Origin: an uncultured Gammaproteobacteria bacterium
GTDB lineage: Bacteria > Pseudomonadota > Gammaproteobacteria > CAWCPV01
Assembly: GCA_963797555.1 (NCBI GenBank)
Contig: CAWCPV010000020.1
Coordinates: forward strand, 61,003 to 125,002
Reading direction: 5' to 3'
DNA length: 64,000 nt
The notes under the pieces were generated by a model. That model saw only the letters and a list, made by a program, of their open reading frames with translations. It was not told the origin of the DNA and did no database searches. The position numbers were made by a program, and so were the translations under genes. Shown here piece by piece: positions 40,850 to 52,476 of the stretch (position 1 is its first letter; every line of letters starts with the position of its first letter).

Positions 40850-41186
40850 GGCGGTCCCCTTCCAAAAAAGGACGGCGGCTGGGATGCTGCCGCAAGAAGG
40901 ATCGCATTTTAGCACTCGCCCGTCTGCGGGCCAGTCAACACACGGACCCGGCGTGCGCAGGGGCAGCGCCGCCCCCTATCATACAGGCGGCTGAACAGGG
41001 TGAGGGGGGCAGGCGCGGCCGGAGATGGGTGCGTCAAGCGGGTCGTTCGGGGAGTCGGCAGGGGAAGATGTCGGGGGCTTTATGGGGAGGCGGACAGATG
41101 CGGCTTGGAGCGCAGGGCGAGTTCTGGCGACGGAGGCGGCGACTTCAATGTCGGCCGGGAGCCGTCTGCCTCGGGACTGTTGCGAG

Positions 41187-41217
41187 AAAAGGGGGGGCGG
41201 CACTTGCGTGCCGCCCC
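41187..41217 (-). terminator. Probable intrinsic terminator
   Basis: GGGGCGGCAC-GCAA-GTGCCGCCCC then CCCTTTT on minus strand after the 41246 stop. Confidence 0.65.
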
Positions 41218-41245
41218 TTGCCGAGACCAAGAAGAGGAGGAGGAG

Positions 41246-41554
41246 TTACTGGGTCTTGGCCTCGGACTTTTCAGGAGCCGGCGCCGGCTGAGCCGCCGGA
41301 GCCTTCTCCGCGGACGGCGCCTGAGGCGCGGCGTGCTGCGACGCCAGAGGCATCGGACCATAGGGAGGCACGCCATAACGTACGCGCCACAGGTAGGGCG
41401 GCGGAGGCATTAGGGCGGCGGCCGGTACCGGGCGCGGACCCCACCCAAATCCAACCGGACCCCAACCGAACCAGCTAGCCGCTGCGGGCTGCATCGACAT
41501 GGCGGAAGCACCCACCACGGAGGCAACCGCGACAACCTTGGATAGTCTGTTCAT
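41246..41554 (-). CDS. Secreted Gly/Pro/Trp/Tyr-rich protein, sulfur globule protein-like
   Basis: Signal peptide MNRLSKVVAVASVVGASAMSMQPAAA then SWFGWGPVGFGWGP..PPY..YGVPPYG and an Ala/Pro tail. Confidence 0.55.
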   Translation of the reverse strand: MNRLSKVVAVASVVGASAMSMQPAAASWFGWGPVGFGWGPRPVPAAALMPPPPYLWRVRYGVPPYGPMPLASQHAAPQAPSAEKAPAAQPAPAPEKSEAKTQ

Positions 41555-41760
41555 TTTCTGACTCCTTGAAGAGATCTTTCTCAGTGTCTTGGCGTTAACC
41601 GGCCGGTACGCTACCAATCGTCCGACCAACGTTAATAATCTTATTAGAATCTTCTGATATGGTCAAGTACCACCTCCCGACGGTCGCTGCAGCGGGGCCC
41701 AGCACAGGCGGCGAGAAGTGCGTATTGCCCAGCGGAAAACCATTCCCTAGCACGTTGCTT

Positions 41761-42384
41761 ATGGTCGGATTCCCGGCGCGTCAGCGGTTGGCGGTGCTCG
41801 TACTCGGCTTGGTCTTGGCCGCCTGCGGCACCAGGGTCCCGCCGCTCGCTCGGCTGGACAACGATGCGGTCGTGGTGGCGTTCGGGAACAGCATCACCTT
41901 CGGCACCGGGGCCGAACCGGGTGAGAGCTATCCCGCTCAGCTCGAGATGCTGATCGGACGCAGAGTCGTGAACGCCGGCGTACCCGGGGAGCTGAGCGCG
42001 GACGGAGAACGCCGGCTGGAAAGCGTGCTGGATAGATACCAGCCCGCGCTATTGCTCCTGTGCCATGCCGGCAACGACCTGCTGCGGAGAATCGACCCGA
42101 AGCAGGCGGAAGCACATCTTCGGGCCATGATCCGTCTCGCCCGGTCGCGCGGTGTCCAGGTCGTGCTCATTGCCGTGCCGCGCCCGGGCCTGCTCCTGAA
42201 GCCGGCGCCGTTCTACCGGGACCTTGCCGAGGAGTTCACAATCCCTATTGAGGAGAACGTCCTGCCTGATGTCCTCTCGAATCGGGATCTCAAGTCGGAC
42301 ACCGTTCACCCCAATGCGGCAGGCTACCGAAAGGTGGCCGAGGGCGTGTCCGCGCTACTGCGGCAAGCCGGGGCCGTTGAATAA
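41761..42384 (+). CDS. SGNH/GDSL arylesterase lipoprotein
   Basis: Lipobox LAAC, FGNSITFG, NAGVPG, GND, DTVHPN. Confidence 0.88.
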   Translation: MVGFPARQRLAVLVLGLVLAACGTRVPPLARLDNDAVVVAFGNSITFGTGAEPGESYPAQLEMLIGRRVVNAGVPGELSADGERRLESVLDRYQPALLLLCHAGNDLLRRIDPKQAEAHLRAMIRLARSRGVQVVLIAVPRPGLLLKPAPFYRDLAEEFTIPIEENVLPDVLSNRDLKSDTVHPNAAGYRKVAEGVSALLRQAGAVE

Positions 42385-42554
42385 ACAGAAAATGACCTCT
42401 ATCATCGTACGATGTCCCGCTGCCTCAACTGGCTCCGGGATGAGTCCAGCACTCAAGGTTTTCGCGGCTCACACTTTCTCTAAACCGCTCCGGTGCGCCG
42501 ATCGGGGGATCATAGGCCCGCGTCGGGCGCCAATATTTTTGAGGAGTAGGCTTC

Positions 42555-43653
42555 ATGCATGAGATCGGCCTCGTCATATCCCGCGCAAGGGCATTGCAGG
42601 AGCGTGGCGATATCCTTAGGGGGTATCTTTGACCTCGACCACAAGCGAGATCGGCTCGAGGAGATTCAACGTGAGCTGGAAGACCCTGCCGTCTGGCGGG
42701 ACGCGCAGCTCGCGCAGGCGCTTGGGCGCGAGCGCGCGCAGCTCACCGATGTCCTGCATGCCTTCGAGCGCTTGGGCGCCGGATTGTCGGAGGCCCTTGC
42801 ACTGCTGGAGCTGGCGCGCGCAGAAGAGGATGAGGCAACCGTCCAAGCCGTCGAGAGAGACCTGGAGCAACACGAGAAGGAGCTGTCGGGGCTCGAATTC
42901 CAGCGCATGTTCTCTGGAGAGATGGACCACTCCAACGCCTTCGTGGACATTCAGGCGGGCTCCGGTGGCACCGAGGCTCAGGATTGGGCGGAGATGCTGC
43001 TGAGGATGTACTTGCGCTGGGGCGAAGACCACGGCTTCAAGACCGAGTTGCTGGAGGTCTCGGCAGGCGAGGTTGCGGGTATCAAGAGCGCCACGGTGAG
43101 GTTCGGGGGCTCGCACGCATACGGCTGGCTGCGCACCGAGAGCGGCATCCACCGATTGGTCCGCAAATCCCCCTTCGACTCCGGCAACCGGCGACACACG
43201 TCATTCGCCTCGGTATTCGTCTACCCCGAGATCGACGAGGACGTGGAGATCGACATCAATCCGGCGGACCTGCGGATCGACACCTATCGTGCAAGCGGCG
43301 CGGGCGGACAGCACGTCAACCGGACCGAGTCCGCCATCCGCATCACCCACCTGCCAAGCGGGATTGTGGTGCAGTGTCAGAGCGAGCGCTCCCAGCACCA
43401 GAACCGCGCCAACGCCATGAAGCAACTGCGCGCCAAGCTCTACGAGCGCGAGATGCGCGAGCGAGACGCCGCGCGCCAAGCGGCCGAGGACGCCAAGCCC
43501 GACATCGGCTGGGGCCACCAGATCCGTTCCTATGTATTGGACCAATCGCGTATCAAAGACCTGCGCACCGGTGTGGAGACCGGCAACGTGCAGGCGGTGC
43601 TGGACGGCGGCCTCGACAGGTTCATCGAGGCGAGCCTGAAAAGCGGTCTATGA
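42555..43653 (+). CDS. prfB: Peptide chain release factor 2 with programmed +1 frameshift
   Basis: ATG 42555, 24 codons, then CTT TGA C at 42627-33; SPF and GGQ motifs. Confidence 0.97.
42618..42633 (+). promoter_or_regulatory. RF2 autoregulatory frameshift site
   Basis: AGGGGG-TAT-CTT-TGA-C (internal SD plus slippery codon). Confidence 0.95.
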
Positions 43654-45146
43654 CCGTCCAAGACGACAACGAGCAGGTCGCCCAGCGGCGTGCAAAGCTC
43701 GCCGAATTGCGGCGCAGGGGCGAGCCCTACCCGAATGACTTCCGGCGCACGGCATTGGCGCGGGAGCTGGAAGCTCGTTACGGGGAAGCGGATGCTGCGG
43801 CGCTGGAAGCCGCAGCGGTGCGCGTGCGCGTGGCGGGCCGTATGATGACCCGCCGCGTGATGGGCAAGGCGAGCTTCGCCCACCTGCAAGATATGAGCGG
43901 GAGCATCCAGGTTTACGTCCAGCGCCAGATGCTGCCGGTCGGGATCTACGAGGAGTTCAAGCACTGGGACCTCGGCGACATCGTGGGCGCCGAGGGCACC
44001 TTGTTCAGGACCAAAAGCGGGGAGCTATCCATTCGGGTACAAGCCCTCCGGCTGCTGACCAAGGCGCTGCGACCGCTTCCCGAGAAGTTTCATGGGGTGG
44101 TGGACGTAGAGACGCGCTACCGCCAGCGTTACCTGGATCTCATCATGAACGACGGGACTCGGCGCACCTTCCAGACGCGCTCCGAGATCATTCGGTACAT
44201 CCGCCAGTTCCTCGTCGCAAGGGGTTTCCTGGAAGTGGAGACGCCCATGATGCAGGTTATTCCAGGGGGTGCCGCAGCACGCCCCTTCTCGACACACCAC
44301 TATGCCCTCGACCTCCCGTTGTACCTGCGCGTCGCCCCGGAGCTGTACCTCAAGCGCCTCGTAGTCGGCGGCTTCGAGAAGGTCTTCGAGGTCAACCGTA
44401 ACTTCCGCAACGAGGGTATCTCGCCGCGCCACAATCCCGAGTTCACGATGCTCGAGCTCTACCAGGCGTACGCCGCCTACGAAGATCTCATGGACCTCAC
44501 CGAGGAGCTGCTGCGCGGCATGGCTCACGACCTTCTCGGGGCCGCGACGCTTCGTTATCAGGGGACGACCTACGACTTGGGTGGGCCGTTTCGGCGCATG
44601 ACAGTCAAGGAGGCCATTCTGGAATTCAATCCGGACATCGGCCCGGCCGAGCTGGAGGATGTGCACGCGGCGAGGGCTGCGGCACGTCGGCTCGAGGTCC
44701 CGGTGCACGAGGGGCACGGGCTGGGAAAGCTGCAGCTAGAGATCTTCGAGAAGACGGTGGAGCACCGACTGCAGGAGCCCACGTTCATCACCGCTTACCC
44801 GGCGGAGGTGTCGCCGTTGGCGCGGCGTACCAGTGACGATCCCTTCCTCACCGACCGCTTCGAGCTGTTCATCGCGGGCTGGGAGGTCGCCAACGGCTTC
44901 TCCGAGCTCAACGACCCCGAGGATCAGGCAGAGCGTTTCCGCATGCAGGTCGAGGCGCGAGCCAGCGGCGACGAGGAAGCGATGCGCTTCGACGCCGACT
45001 ACATCCGTGCCCTCGAATATGGAATGCCCCCGACCGCGGGCGAGGGGATCGGCATCGACCGCCTAGTGGTCCTCTTCACCGACTCCCAGTCCATCCGCGA
45101 CGTGCTCCTGTTCCCGCTGATGCGTCCGGAGCGCGCCGAGTCCTAG
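43650..45146 (+). CDS. lysS: Lysyl-tRNA synthetase (class II)
   Basis: [51 protein letters not shown]. Confidence 0.97.
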   Translation: MTVQDDNEQVAQRRAKLAELRRRGEPYPNDFRRTALARELEARYGEADAAALEAAAVRVRVAGRMMTRRVMGKASFAHLQDMSGSIQVYVQRQMLPVGIYEEFKHWDLGDIVGAEGTLFRTKSGELSIRVQALRLLTKALRPLPEKFHGVVDVETRYRQRYLDLIMNDGTRRTFQTRSEIIRYIRQFLVARGFLEVETPMMQVIPGGAAARPFSTHHYALDLPLYLRVAPELYLKRLVVGGFEKVFEVNRNFRNEGISPRHNPEFTMLELYQAYAAYEDLMDLTEELLRGMAHDLLGAATLRYQGTTYDLGGPFRRMTVKEAILEFNPDIGPAELEDVHAARAAARRLEVPVHEGHGLGKLQLEIFEKTVEHRLQEPTFITAYPAEVSPLARRTSDDPFLTDRFELFIAGWEVANGFSELNDPEDQAERFRMQVEARASGDEEAMRFDADYIRALEYGMPPTAGEGIGIDRLVVLFTDSQSIRDVLLFPLMRPERAES

Positions 45147-45381
45147 ATCGGTGCTGTCCGACTGGCCAGCACGGGGCGGCCGGCCGGGTACCGCAGGTGC
45201 AGCCGACGGGTGGGGGTGGATCTATCGGGCGCTGCTGGACCCGCAGGGCGGTCGCCCTAGCTATAAGAGTTTACCCGCTCCCGTGCCAGGGCGTCCGGTG
45301 TCTGTTCAGTGGTCACGGACCACCACCGAGCGGCGGCCGGGAGCTATGCTCGGGTATCATCCTGCCGCGAGAGCGCTGCCT

Positions 45382-46038
45382 ATGAGCCCGAACCGCGACG
45401 CCGCTGGCTCCGAGCACCATCGCAACATCCAGGCGGTGCTGCTCGATTACGGCGGCGTAATCGCCGAGGAAGGATTCGTCCATGGGCTCGGCGCCATCGC
45501 CGCCCGCCATGGCCTGCCTGCCGAGCGCGTCAGCGAGGCCGCCGTGGAGGCCATTCACGCCTCGGGCTACATCGTGGGCCGGGCGCCCGAACGGGACTTC
45601 TGGAGCCTGTTCCGCCGCATGACCGGCGTCCGGGCGGACGACGCGGAGCTGCGCCGCGAGATACTCGATCGCTTTCATTTGCGGCCGCATATGTTGGAAC
45701 TGGTGCGCGCTCTTCGCGCGAAAGGACTGCGCGTGGCCATCTTGAGTGACCAGACCGACTGGCTGGAGATCTTGGAGGCCCGGGACCGCTTCTGCGAGAC
45801 TTTCGACCGAGTTTACAATAGCTTCCATGTAGGCAAGACCAAGCGGGACCCCTCCTTGTTCGAGGACGTTAGCCGCGACCTCGGTCTCCGGCCCGACCAA
45901 ATCGTTTTCGTGGACGACAAGCCCGATCATGTGGAGCGGGCACGATCCCGCGGCCTTCATGGCATCGTGTTCGGAAGCGAGGACCGATTATTCGCCGAGC
46001 TTGAAAGCCTGCTCGGCTTCCCCCTGAACACGATGTAA
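45382..46038 (+). CDS. HAD-superfamily phosphatase
   Basis: LLDYGGVI, AILSD, VGKTK, VFVDDKPDHV. Confidence 0.82.
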   Translation: MSPNRDAAGSEHHRNIQAVLLDYGGVIAEEGFVHGLGAIAARHGLPAERVSEAAVEAIHASGYIVGRAPERDFWSLFRRMTGVRADDAELRREILDRFHLRPHMLELVRALRAKGLRVAILSDQTDWLEILEARDRFCETFDRVYNSFHVGKTKRDPSLFEDVSRDLGLRPDQIVFVDDKPDHVERARSRGLHGIVFGSEDRLFAELESLLGFPLNTM

Positions 46039-46297
46039 CCGAGAGCCTTGCGCGAACCCATCGGGGATTGTCCTGGTGCACGCCGTCCACGCATTCGGCG
46101 TTTACGCTGCGGACCGGCCGCCCCGCACGCGGCGTCCATGGAAACGGCCAACAGTGCAGGTCCGGCTCTGACGAGCGGAACCGCCGCGGCGGGTGGACCA
46201 GCCCCGACCCGGAGTGGCTCACGCTCCGAAGATGGCGGTCTATGCTTAATTGTATGGGTGGAGTGTGCGACTCTCCCTTCTTTCGGAGGTCTAGCGC

Positions 46298-46843
46298 ATG
46301 CAACGTTTGATCGAGGGGCTGATGGCCCGGATGCAAGCTCGGTCCGATGCGCTGGCGACCTACCGCTGCCTTCGGGCACAACGAAAGGCGTTGCTGCAGG
46401 GGCATCGGCCGGCCGGCACGGGCGAGAATGCTTTGCCGGTCACGGGCAGCGAGGGGCCCACCGCATGGGCAGGAAACCCGGATGGCGCCACACGACAGTG
46501 GGCCCGTGTGGATGCTGTGATGGCTGCGCCCATCGATCCCCAATCGTGGGACAAGTGCACCCTGGACCATTGCTACAAGAGCTGGGCGTTGGCCGCCTCC
46601 ATCAAGTGGGCACTGCTGATCGTGGGCGCGATCGGAATGTTCGGCGGGCACCCGGACGTGACCACCGTTGGATGGGCTTTCGCTGCACTTTTCCAAGTGT
46701 TCCAGACCTCGGCGGCCCGGGATCTGGCGCGCGGGCTACAGCGTCTCCGGCATCAGTCCGGGCAACTGTTCGACTCTGCCGCAGCCGCCTGTACCGCGGA
46801 GCCGCGAGCCGCTGGCGCAACGGCCAAGGTGGGGCGCACCTGA
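46298..46843 (+). CDS. Hypothetical membrane protein
   Basis: GGAGG RBS, two hydrophobic segments; no family recognised. Confidence 0.4.
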   Translation: MQRLIEGLMARMQARSDALATYRCLRAQRKALLQGHRPAGTGENALPVTGSEGPTAWAGNPDGATRQWARVDAVMAAPIDPQSWDKCTLDHCYKSWALAASIKWALLIVGAIGMFGGHPDVTTVGWAFAALFQVFQTSAARDLARGLQRLRHQSGQLFDSAAAACTAEPRAAGATAKVGRT

Positions 46844-46872
46844 CCGCGGCAACGTATACGGAGGATTCTAAA

Positions 46873-47196
46873 ATGTTGAAAGGGGCTGTCATTAAAAAGA
46901 CGTACCTGTTGGATATTGTAATCCTTAGTTTCCTGGTTTCCTCTATCTCAATGCCCGTCTATGCACTTGATATTGAAGATCAGATTCAGCAAGCACAAAG
47001 AATGTGTGACTTTGAACGCGGACCTCACAAGTATCCGAACCCAAACGCACCTGCCTGTGATCGGCTAGAAGACCTACGCCGATTGCAAATACGGCAATTG
47101 GAAGCTGAAACCTCCAAGCAGACTGGACAGCCTATGCCGAACCACGTCGAGATTCACGTGATTCACGCCCCATCAAATATTTATAGGATACGTTAA
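46873..47196 (+). CDS. Small secreted hypothetical protein, AT-richer than surroundings
   Basis: GAGG RBS, signal-like segment ending VYA, two Cys. Confidence 0.5.
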   Translation: MLKGAVIKKTYLLDIVILSFLVSSISMPVYALDIEDQIQQAQRMCDFERGPHKYPNPNAPACDRLEDLRRLQIRQLEAETSKQTGQPMPNHVEIHVIHAPSNIYRIR

Positions 47197-47295
47197 CGCC
47201 GTTGCACGACATGAGTCCCGCTGAAATACCGCTCATTGGGCGGCAAACGGTAACCCTTCTAGCCTGTCCGGTACTGAGACGTTGAGTCAACCGCT

Positions 47296-47853
47296 TTGCG
47301 ACGCGTCATTGCACTTGTCCTGCTTCTTGAGGCTGGCGCTGCCTGGGCCGCTGAGGTGCAGGAGCAACGGAGCCCGCAGACAGGCTTGTCCTCGTGGAAG
47401 GTCGTAGACCGCGGGTTCAGTCTGGAACTGATCCAGGTGTCACCCGATTACGTCAAGGCTTTCTATGTGTCGCGCGGGCTTCCGCCGAAGCTCATCGACG
47501 GCATAGCCGGATACTGCGTCTTCGGGACCGTGGCACGAAACGAATCCCAGGAACCGCTCTCCTACCGCGCGGCCGACTGGCGCTACGTCACTGCGGATGG
47601 CGCGCGGCATCCGCTCAAGACCAAGACCGACTGGGTGAAGGAATGGAAGGACATGGGTGTCGCGTACACGTGGTCCCTGCTGCCCGATGACCAGACTCTC
47701 GACCCCGGGGACTGGAACCAGGGGTTCACCACTCTGGCGCTTCCCCCCGGGACCACGTTCGATCTGTCGTACGCGTGGAGCCAACATGGTCAGACATACA
47801 CCGGAACGCTCGAAGGGCTGCGCTGTGCGCCGGCCGAGCCGCAGACTCCCTGA
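47296..47853 (+). CDS. Exported hypothetical protein
   Basis: Signal peptide ending AWA, host-like codon use, precedes TlpA gene. Confidence 0.65.
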   Translation: MRRVIALVLLLEAGAAWAAEVQEQRSPQTGLSSWKVVDRGFSLELIQVSPDYVKAFYVSRGLPPKLIDGIAGYCVFGTVARNESQEPLSYRAADWRYVTADGARHPLKTKTDWVKEWKDMGVAYTWSLLPDDQTLDPGDWNQGFTTLALPPGTTFDLSYAWSQHGQTYTGTLEGLRCAPAEPQTP

Positions 47854-48385
47854 CCTGCCGTTCGCGCTGATCCTCCTGGCGAGCGTTGTGCTCCCCGGCG
47901 AGCCCGTGTGGGCTCAGTTCACCATGCCGGAGCTGAGCCATACCCTGACGCGCCTCAGGGAGCCGGTCGCGGCGAAGAACTTTCGCTTGGACGACCTGGA
48001 CGGCAAGCCGCACGCTCTATCGGATTATCGAGGCAAGGTTCTTCTGATCAACTTCTGGGCGACCTGGTGCCCACCTTGCCGGCGCGAGATGCCTTCTCTG
48101 GAACGCCTGTATAAGAAACTCCACGATGAGCCCTTTGCGGTTGTCGCCATCAACCAATGGGAGGACCCGGACCAAGTGTTTCCTTATCTCGGACAGCTCG
48201 AGACTTTTCCCACGTTTCCCATCCTATTCGACCGCAAGAGCGAGGTGGCACAGGCTTTCGGCGTCAAGGGGCTGCCAACCTCTTTCATCCTCGATAAGGC
48301 CGGCCGTATCGTTTACCGTGCCATCGGCGGGCGCGAGTTCGACTATCCCGAGATCGAGCAGACTATCCGCGGGCTGCTGCGCTAG
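47819..48385 (+). CDS. TlpA/ResA-like thiol-disulfide oxidoreductase (start uncertain)
   Basis: LSDYRGKVLLINFWATWCPPCRREMPSL, GLPTSF. Confidence 0.88.
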   Translation, partial: CAVRRPSRRLPDLPFALILLASVVLPGEPVWAQFTMPELSHTLTRLREPVAAKNFRLDDLDGKPHALSDYRGKVLLINFWATWCPPCRREMPSLERLYKKLHDEPFAVVAINQWEDPDQVFPYLGQLETFPTFPILFDRKSEVAQAFGVKGLPTSFILDKAGRIVYRAIGGREFDYPEIEQTIRGLLR

Positions 48386-49615
48386 ACCCGGGCGGCCTAT
48401 ACGACCACCCGAGATCTCTGCGGGCACGGCGTCTGCAACCGCATGCGCAAACGCGAATGGAGAGTTACTCATGGCTGAACCAGGGTCAGCGGGTTTGGGC
48501 GGCCTACCACCTCGGTTCCACGACAGCAACGCCTTCAATCCAATGACTGCTCCGACCACTCCATCAACTATCCTGAAAACATCACCCTCAATTACCCTTA
48601 ACGCAGTTCGAACCCAAACGCCCACACTGTGGAGATAGCCACAGTCTTAATCCCTTCTTCATCGGGTCTCCGTTCGAACCATGCTCTGTGCGCTGTTTCT
48701 ATTGGGAAGGTGAGATCCAGCAGCTATCCCGCACTCCGGAGGTGCAGCACGGCCCATCCGACCAGCAGCGACGGGTCGGACTCCCGGGCGCAGAACGGGT
48801 AGCTCACGAAGCGTTCCTTGGGCACGTCCAGCGGCCCTCGCAGCCGCCAGAAGGTGCTGGCGAGGAAATCGGCCGAGGCGTACTTGGGAGGCGGCGGGAT
48901 GTCGCCCAGTTCTTCCCGCTTGCGTTTTCGTTGCTCGGTCTCCAGGCGCTTCCGGCACTCCGCATCCGTCCCTCCGCCGGTCCGCCCGAGCTCCGCGGCC
49001 ACCTCGGCGTCGATAGCGTCTTCTCGTCTCTGAAGCTCCCAGGTCCGTTCCCATAGCTCCCGCTTGCGCAGCCCCGAGGGCTTGTAGCGCAGCACCGGCA
49101 GGAAGGGTACCGCCTCGCCTTCCACCAGCTCGGCCACCAGGGCGTGAACGTCGAATCCGGGGTGCCCGCGGTAAAGCTCCGCCACCTGCATGAACTCGCC
49201 GTCGGTCTGCGCCCGGTCGGCGACGGCCCGCGTGGTCTGCAGGCGCGGCTCCGACCCGCGGGGGCGGCCTTGATCGCGAACGTGCTTCTCCAGCCGGTCC
49301 AGCAGCCAGCTCCGCAACGCCCGTTCCTCCTGCTTCTCCCAGGGCTCCTGGTTCCAGCGGCGCTTGTACTCGGGCCGCTCGACGAGACCGATGTCGCGGT
49401 TCTGCTCGATGAGGGCGATGCGGCGCTCCACCAGCCGCCGGTAGTCCTCGGGCCAGTGGTCGGGAATCTCGGTGACGGGCGTCGAGCCGTGGCGCTCGAA
49501 CCAGGTGGTCGACAGCTCGCCGGCCGCCATTTTCCGGGCCATGACGATCTCGAAGGCGCGCTGCCCCAGCTCGATCTCGGGAAGGGGCGAGATGGTGGGA
49601 TCGCCGGCACTCGAC

Positions 49616-49666
49616 CCCCTCCCATAACCCTCCCCCTGCCAGGGGAGGGAAGGGTGGGGGTGAGGG
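49616..49666. repeat. Palindromic repeat inside pglX
   Basis: CCCTCCCCCTGCCAGGGGAGGGAAGGGTGGGGGTGAGGG; same family as 18026. Confidence 0.65.
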
Positions 49667-49857
49667 CATCCGGGTAGCACAGGTCTTCGTCGGTGACGCG
49701 GTACAGCGTATAGCAGCGCCAGTCCAGCTCCTCCTGGAGCGCAATCATGCGCCGCAGCAAGCGCTCGGCCTCAGTCCGGTGGGCGTCCAGCTCGGCGCGG
49801 GTCGGGATGGGGGAGGGAGTTTGCTCGTGAATGGGGTCCGCTCCGGCGGCGGGGTTG

Positions 49858-49881
49858 TTCGCGACCAAGGTCGCTCCTACA
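49858..49881. repeat. GTAG-type REP inside pglX, read in frame as VGATLVAN
   Basis: TGTAGGAGCGACCTTGGTCGCGAA (minus), like the REP pair at 52477. Confidence 0.7.
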
Positions 49882-51042
49882 GGGGAGCCCACGACCTGCG
49901 CCGGCAGGTGCCCCTGGCGCTCGTGGGCCAGCCGGTCCAACTCGGCGGCCAGACCCAGCGGCTTTTCGGGCGGGATGGGAAATTTCTGCAGACCCGTCCC
50001 TGTGAACTCGTAGAAGTTCTCGAAGGCAACGGTGGTCTGCCGCGCCCCTCGATCGTCGACCGTGCTGCCCTTGTTGTGGAACACCTGCTTCATCCAGAAG
50101 CAGGCCGTGGAGCTGTTGAGCAGCCCGAGCACCGCGAGGTGATCCGCCTCCGTGGCCCCAGGCGGCAGCTTGATGACCGGCGCGGATTGTTTGAACACCT
50201 TGCCGCCGCGATCCAGGACGAAGTGGTTGTGGGTCGCGACGAAGGCAAAGGCTGTTCCAAGGGGTTCGCGAAATCGCTCTCGCTGGAACCGGCTCCACTC
50301 GTACCACGTAAGGCCAATTTCCTCGTGGGTACCATTGGGCTCTCGACGCCGCACCAGAAACTGCTTGAACTGCCACAGGTGGCGCAGGATCAGATCATCC
50401 GGTCCCCCCCAGTGTTGCCTTCAGTTCGTCATCGTACGGCAGGATCGCGTCGGTCACCGGAGATAGCCCCCAGTCCCGAATCGACGTTGCCCTCGACCAA
50501 GGGCACGATTTTGGTTTCGGGCAAGCCGTGACGATGCCAGACTCCGAGCGGCGCAAAGTACGCTTCGTCAGCACCCGTATGGGTGACTCTACCCATCGCA
50601 ACGATGAATTTGCCGAGTCTGCGCAATGCGCGGTCCTCGATCGCTGCTTTGAGTTCGGTAGCACCGCCACCCCCAACACTCCATGGATGCTGCGCAAGAC
50701 TCTTGCGAGTCGCATCAGCCACGCTGACCCACTCGCTCTCGCTCCCCGCTCGGTCCACCTGCCGCAAGATAGCCGACCATCCCAGCCCCTTCGCCGGATC
50801 CTCTGGCGTCTCGGGCTCGCCTTGGATGCCCATGACCGTTCGCACGGTGCCGGCCACCGGCGTCCGTTCCCGCCCGAACAGGATGACCGTCGGCGTTCCG
50901 TGCCCCGGGATATAGGCGCCGGAGGTATTGATGACGTGCGTCAGGTCCACCCGCGGGAAGAAATTCTCCACTAGCTTCTTGCCGAACTCCCGCTTCATGA
51001 AGGAGTTGGCGGTGATCATTCCGACGAAGCCGGCGCCACCGC

Positions 51043-51115
51043 CGTCATTCCGGCGCAAGCCGGAATCCAGTCCGTCTTTCGGAGACCCTGGACCCCGGCT
51101 TTCGCCGGGGTGACG
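51043..51115. repeat. CGTC-type double-hairpin repeat inside pglX
   Basis: CGTCATTCCGGCGCAAGCCGGAATCCAG..CTGGACCCCGGCTTTCGCCGGGGTGACG, translated [18 protein letters not shown]. Confidence 0.75.
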
Positions 51116-52476
51116 GATGTCGGGCAGCGCCAAGCTCGAAGAAACGCTCCGTGAAGGGCACCGCCAGAGAATATTGACGGTGACAGGTCTGGTAGCGGCC
51201 CCGGTAGAGCTGATTGAGCGCTGGGTCCTTGACCGTGGGGTAAGGCGGGTTGCCGACCACAAGGTGATATTGCTGCCCGAGGATGCGGTCCAGCTCGTCC
51301 AGGTCTTCGGTGAGGAAGGCGTGCGCGTACCCGCTGCGGCCCGCGAGGTTTTCGGACTCCCGGTTCAGGCCCAGCTCGCGGAACCGCCGCCCGTGCAGCA
51401 GGCTGTCCCCGGCCGTCACGTTGATGCGGTAGCTGGGCGCGTCCTTGAGCCGCCGAATGCCACTGGCCTTCAGCGCCTCCACCAGCAGCCGAAACCGCGC
51501 GATGGCTGCGGCGTATGGGTTCACGTCCACTCCGTACACCGCGTCCAGCGCCCGCTGCACCAGCTCGCGCTCCACCGTCCCAGGCTCCTGCTTGAACCAT
51601 CGGTCCAGCAGCCGCCGGAAGGCCCCCAACAGGAAGTGCCCCGATCCGCAGGTGGGGTCGATGAGCCGGACATCGCGCAGACCGAACTCGTCGATATCGC
51701 GGGCTCCAGGGTGCGGTCCAGGATGAACTCCTCCACGAATTCCGGCGTCTGCAGGAGCGCGTAGCGCTTGCGCGCCGCCTCGGAGAGGTCCTGGTAGAGG
51801 TCGCCGAGGAAGCGGGTGTCCCAGCTCGCGTCCGTGAAGTCATGGACCAGGTCGCCGGTCTCCGGCGCCACCCGCCGCCAGAAGCCAATCAGCTCCTTGG
51901 CCGCGTCGCCCGAGATGCCGTAGGTCCAGACCGGGTTGTGCGGCTCGGTCGTAAAGCTTTCCCACGGCCGGCAGCTTCGCCGCGGCGCGGAACACGTCGT
52001 AGAGGTAATCGCGGTCGCTGTCCGTGGGATGGGACTGGAAATACAGCGTCTGCCGATCCGCCGCCCGCTGCCGCCGCTCCCCCGGCCCGGAGATCAGCGG
52101 CTCCTCGATGAGCCCGTTGTCCTCGATGAACCGGACGAAGACGCAGCCCAGAATCCACGCCGCACCCGCCTGGGTCAGCGCCTCTTCCCGCCAGGCTTCG
52201 AACGCCTCGCCCGTCCGCCCGGCTTCCTTGGCGGCGCGGTGTTCCCGCTGCAGGGACTCCGCCATCTCCGGCACGGACTCCGACCGTTCCCGGAGATCAT
52301 CCTGCAGACGCTTCAGCATGCGCCCGAGGTCGGCGAGCAGCCGCTTGGAGTCGATCATCGCACTCTCAACGTTCTTGGTCGCGCATCTTTACGTTGACCT
52401 CGATGCGCCCGGGGCTCTTGCTTCTTGACCTCCGTGGGAACTCAGACCAATTCCCCGTCAGCCATGAGATACGGGT

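Larger units (their letters stand above)
48724..52358 (-). pseudogene. pglX: BREX type 2 adenine DNA methyltransferase, several frameshifts, apparently 3'-truncated
   Basis: [91 protein letters not shown] spread over six ORF pieces. Confidence 0.88.

Noticed and set aside
42555-42640. prfB break as error or novelty
   Set aside because: Well-known programmed +1 frameshift
7361-45146. Numerous long Arg/Pro/Gly-rich overlapping ORFs
   Set aside because: Expected shadow ORFs of GC-rich DNA overlapping well-supported genes
47190-47290. Integron attC site after the AT-rich orphan
   Set aside because: No convincing RYYYAAC/GTTRRRY pairing, no integrase, no other cassettes
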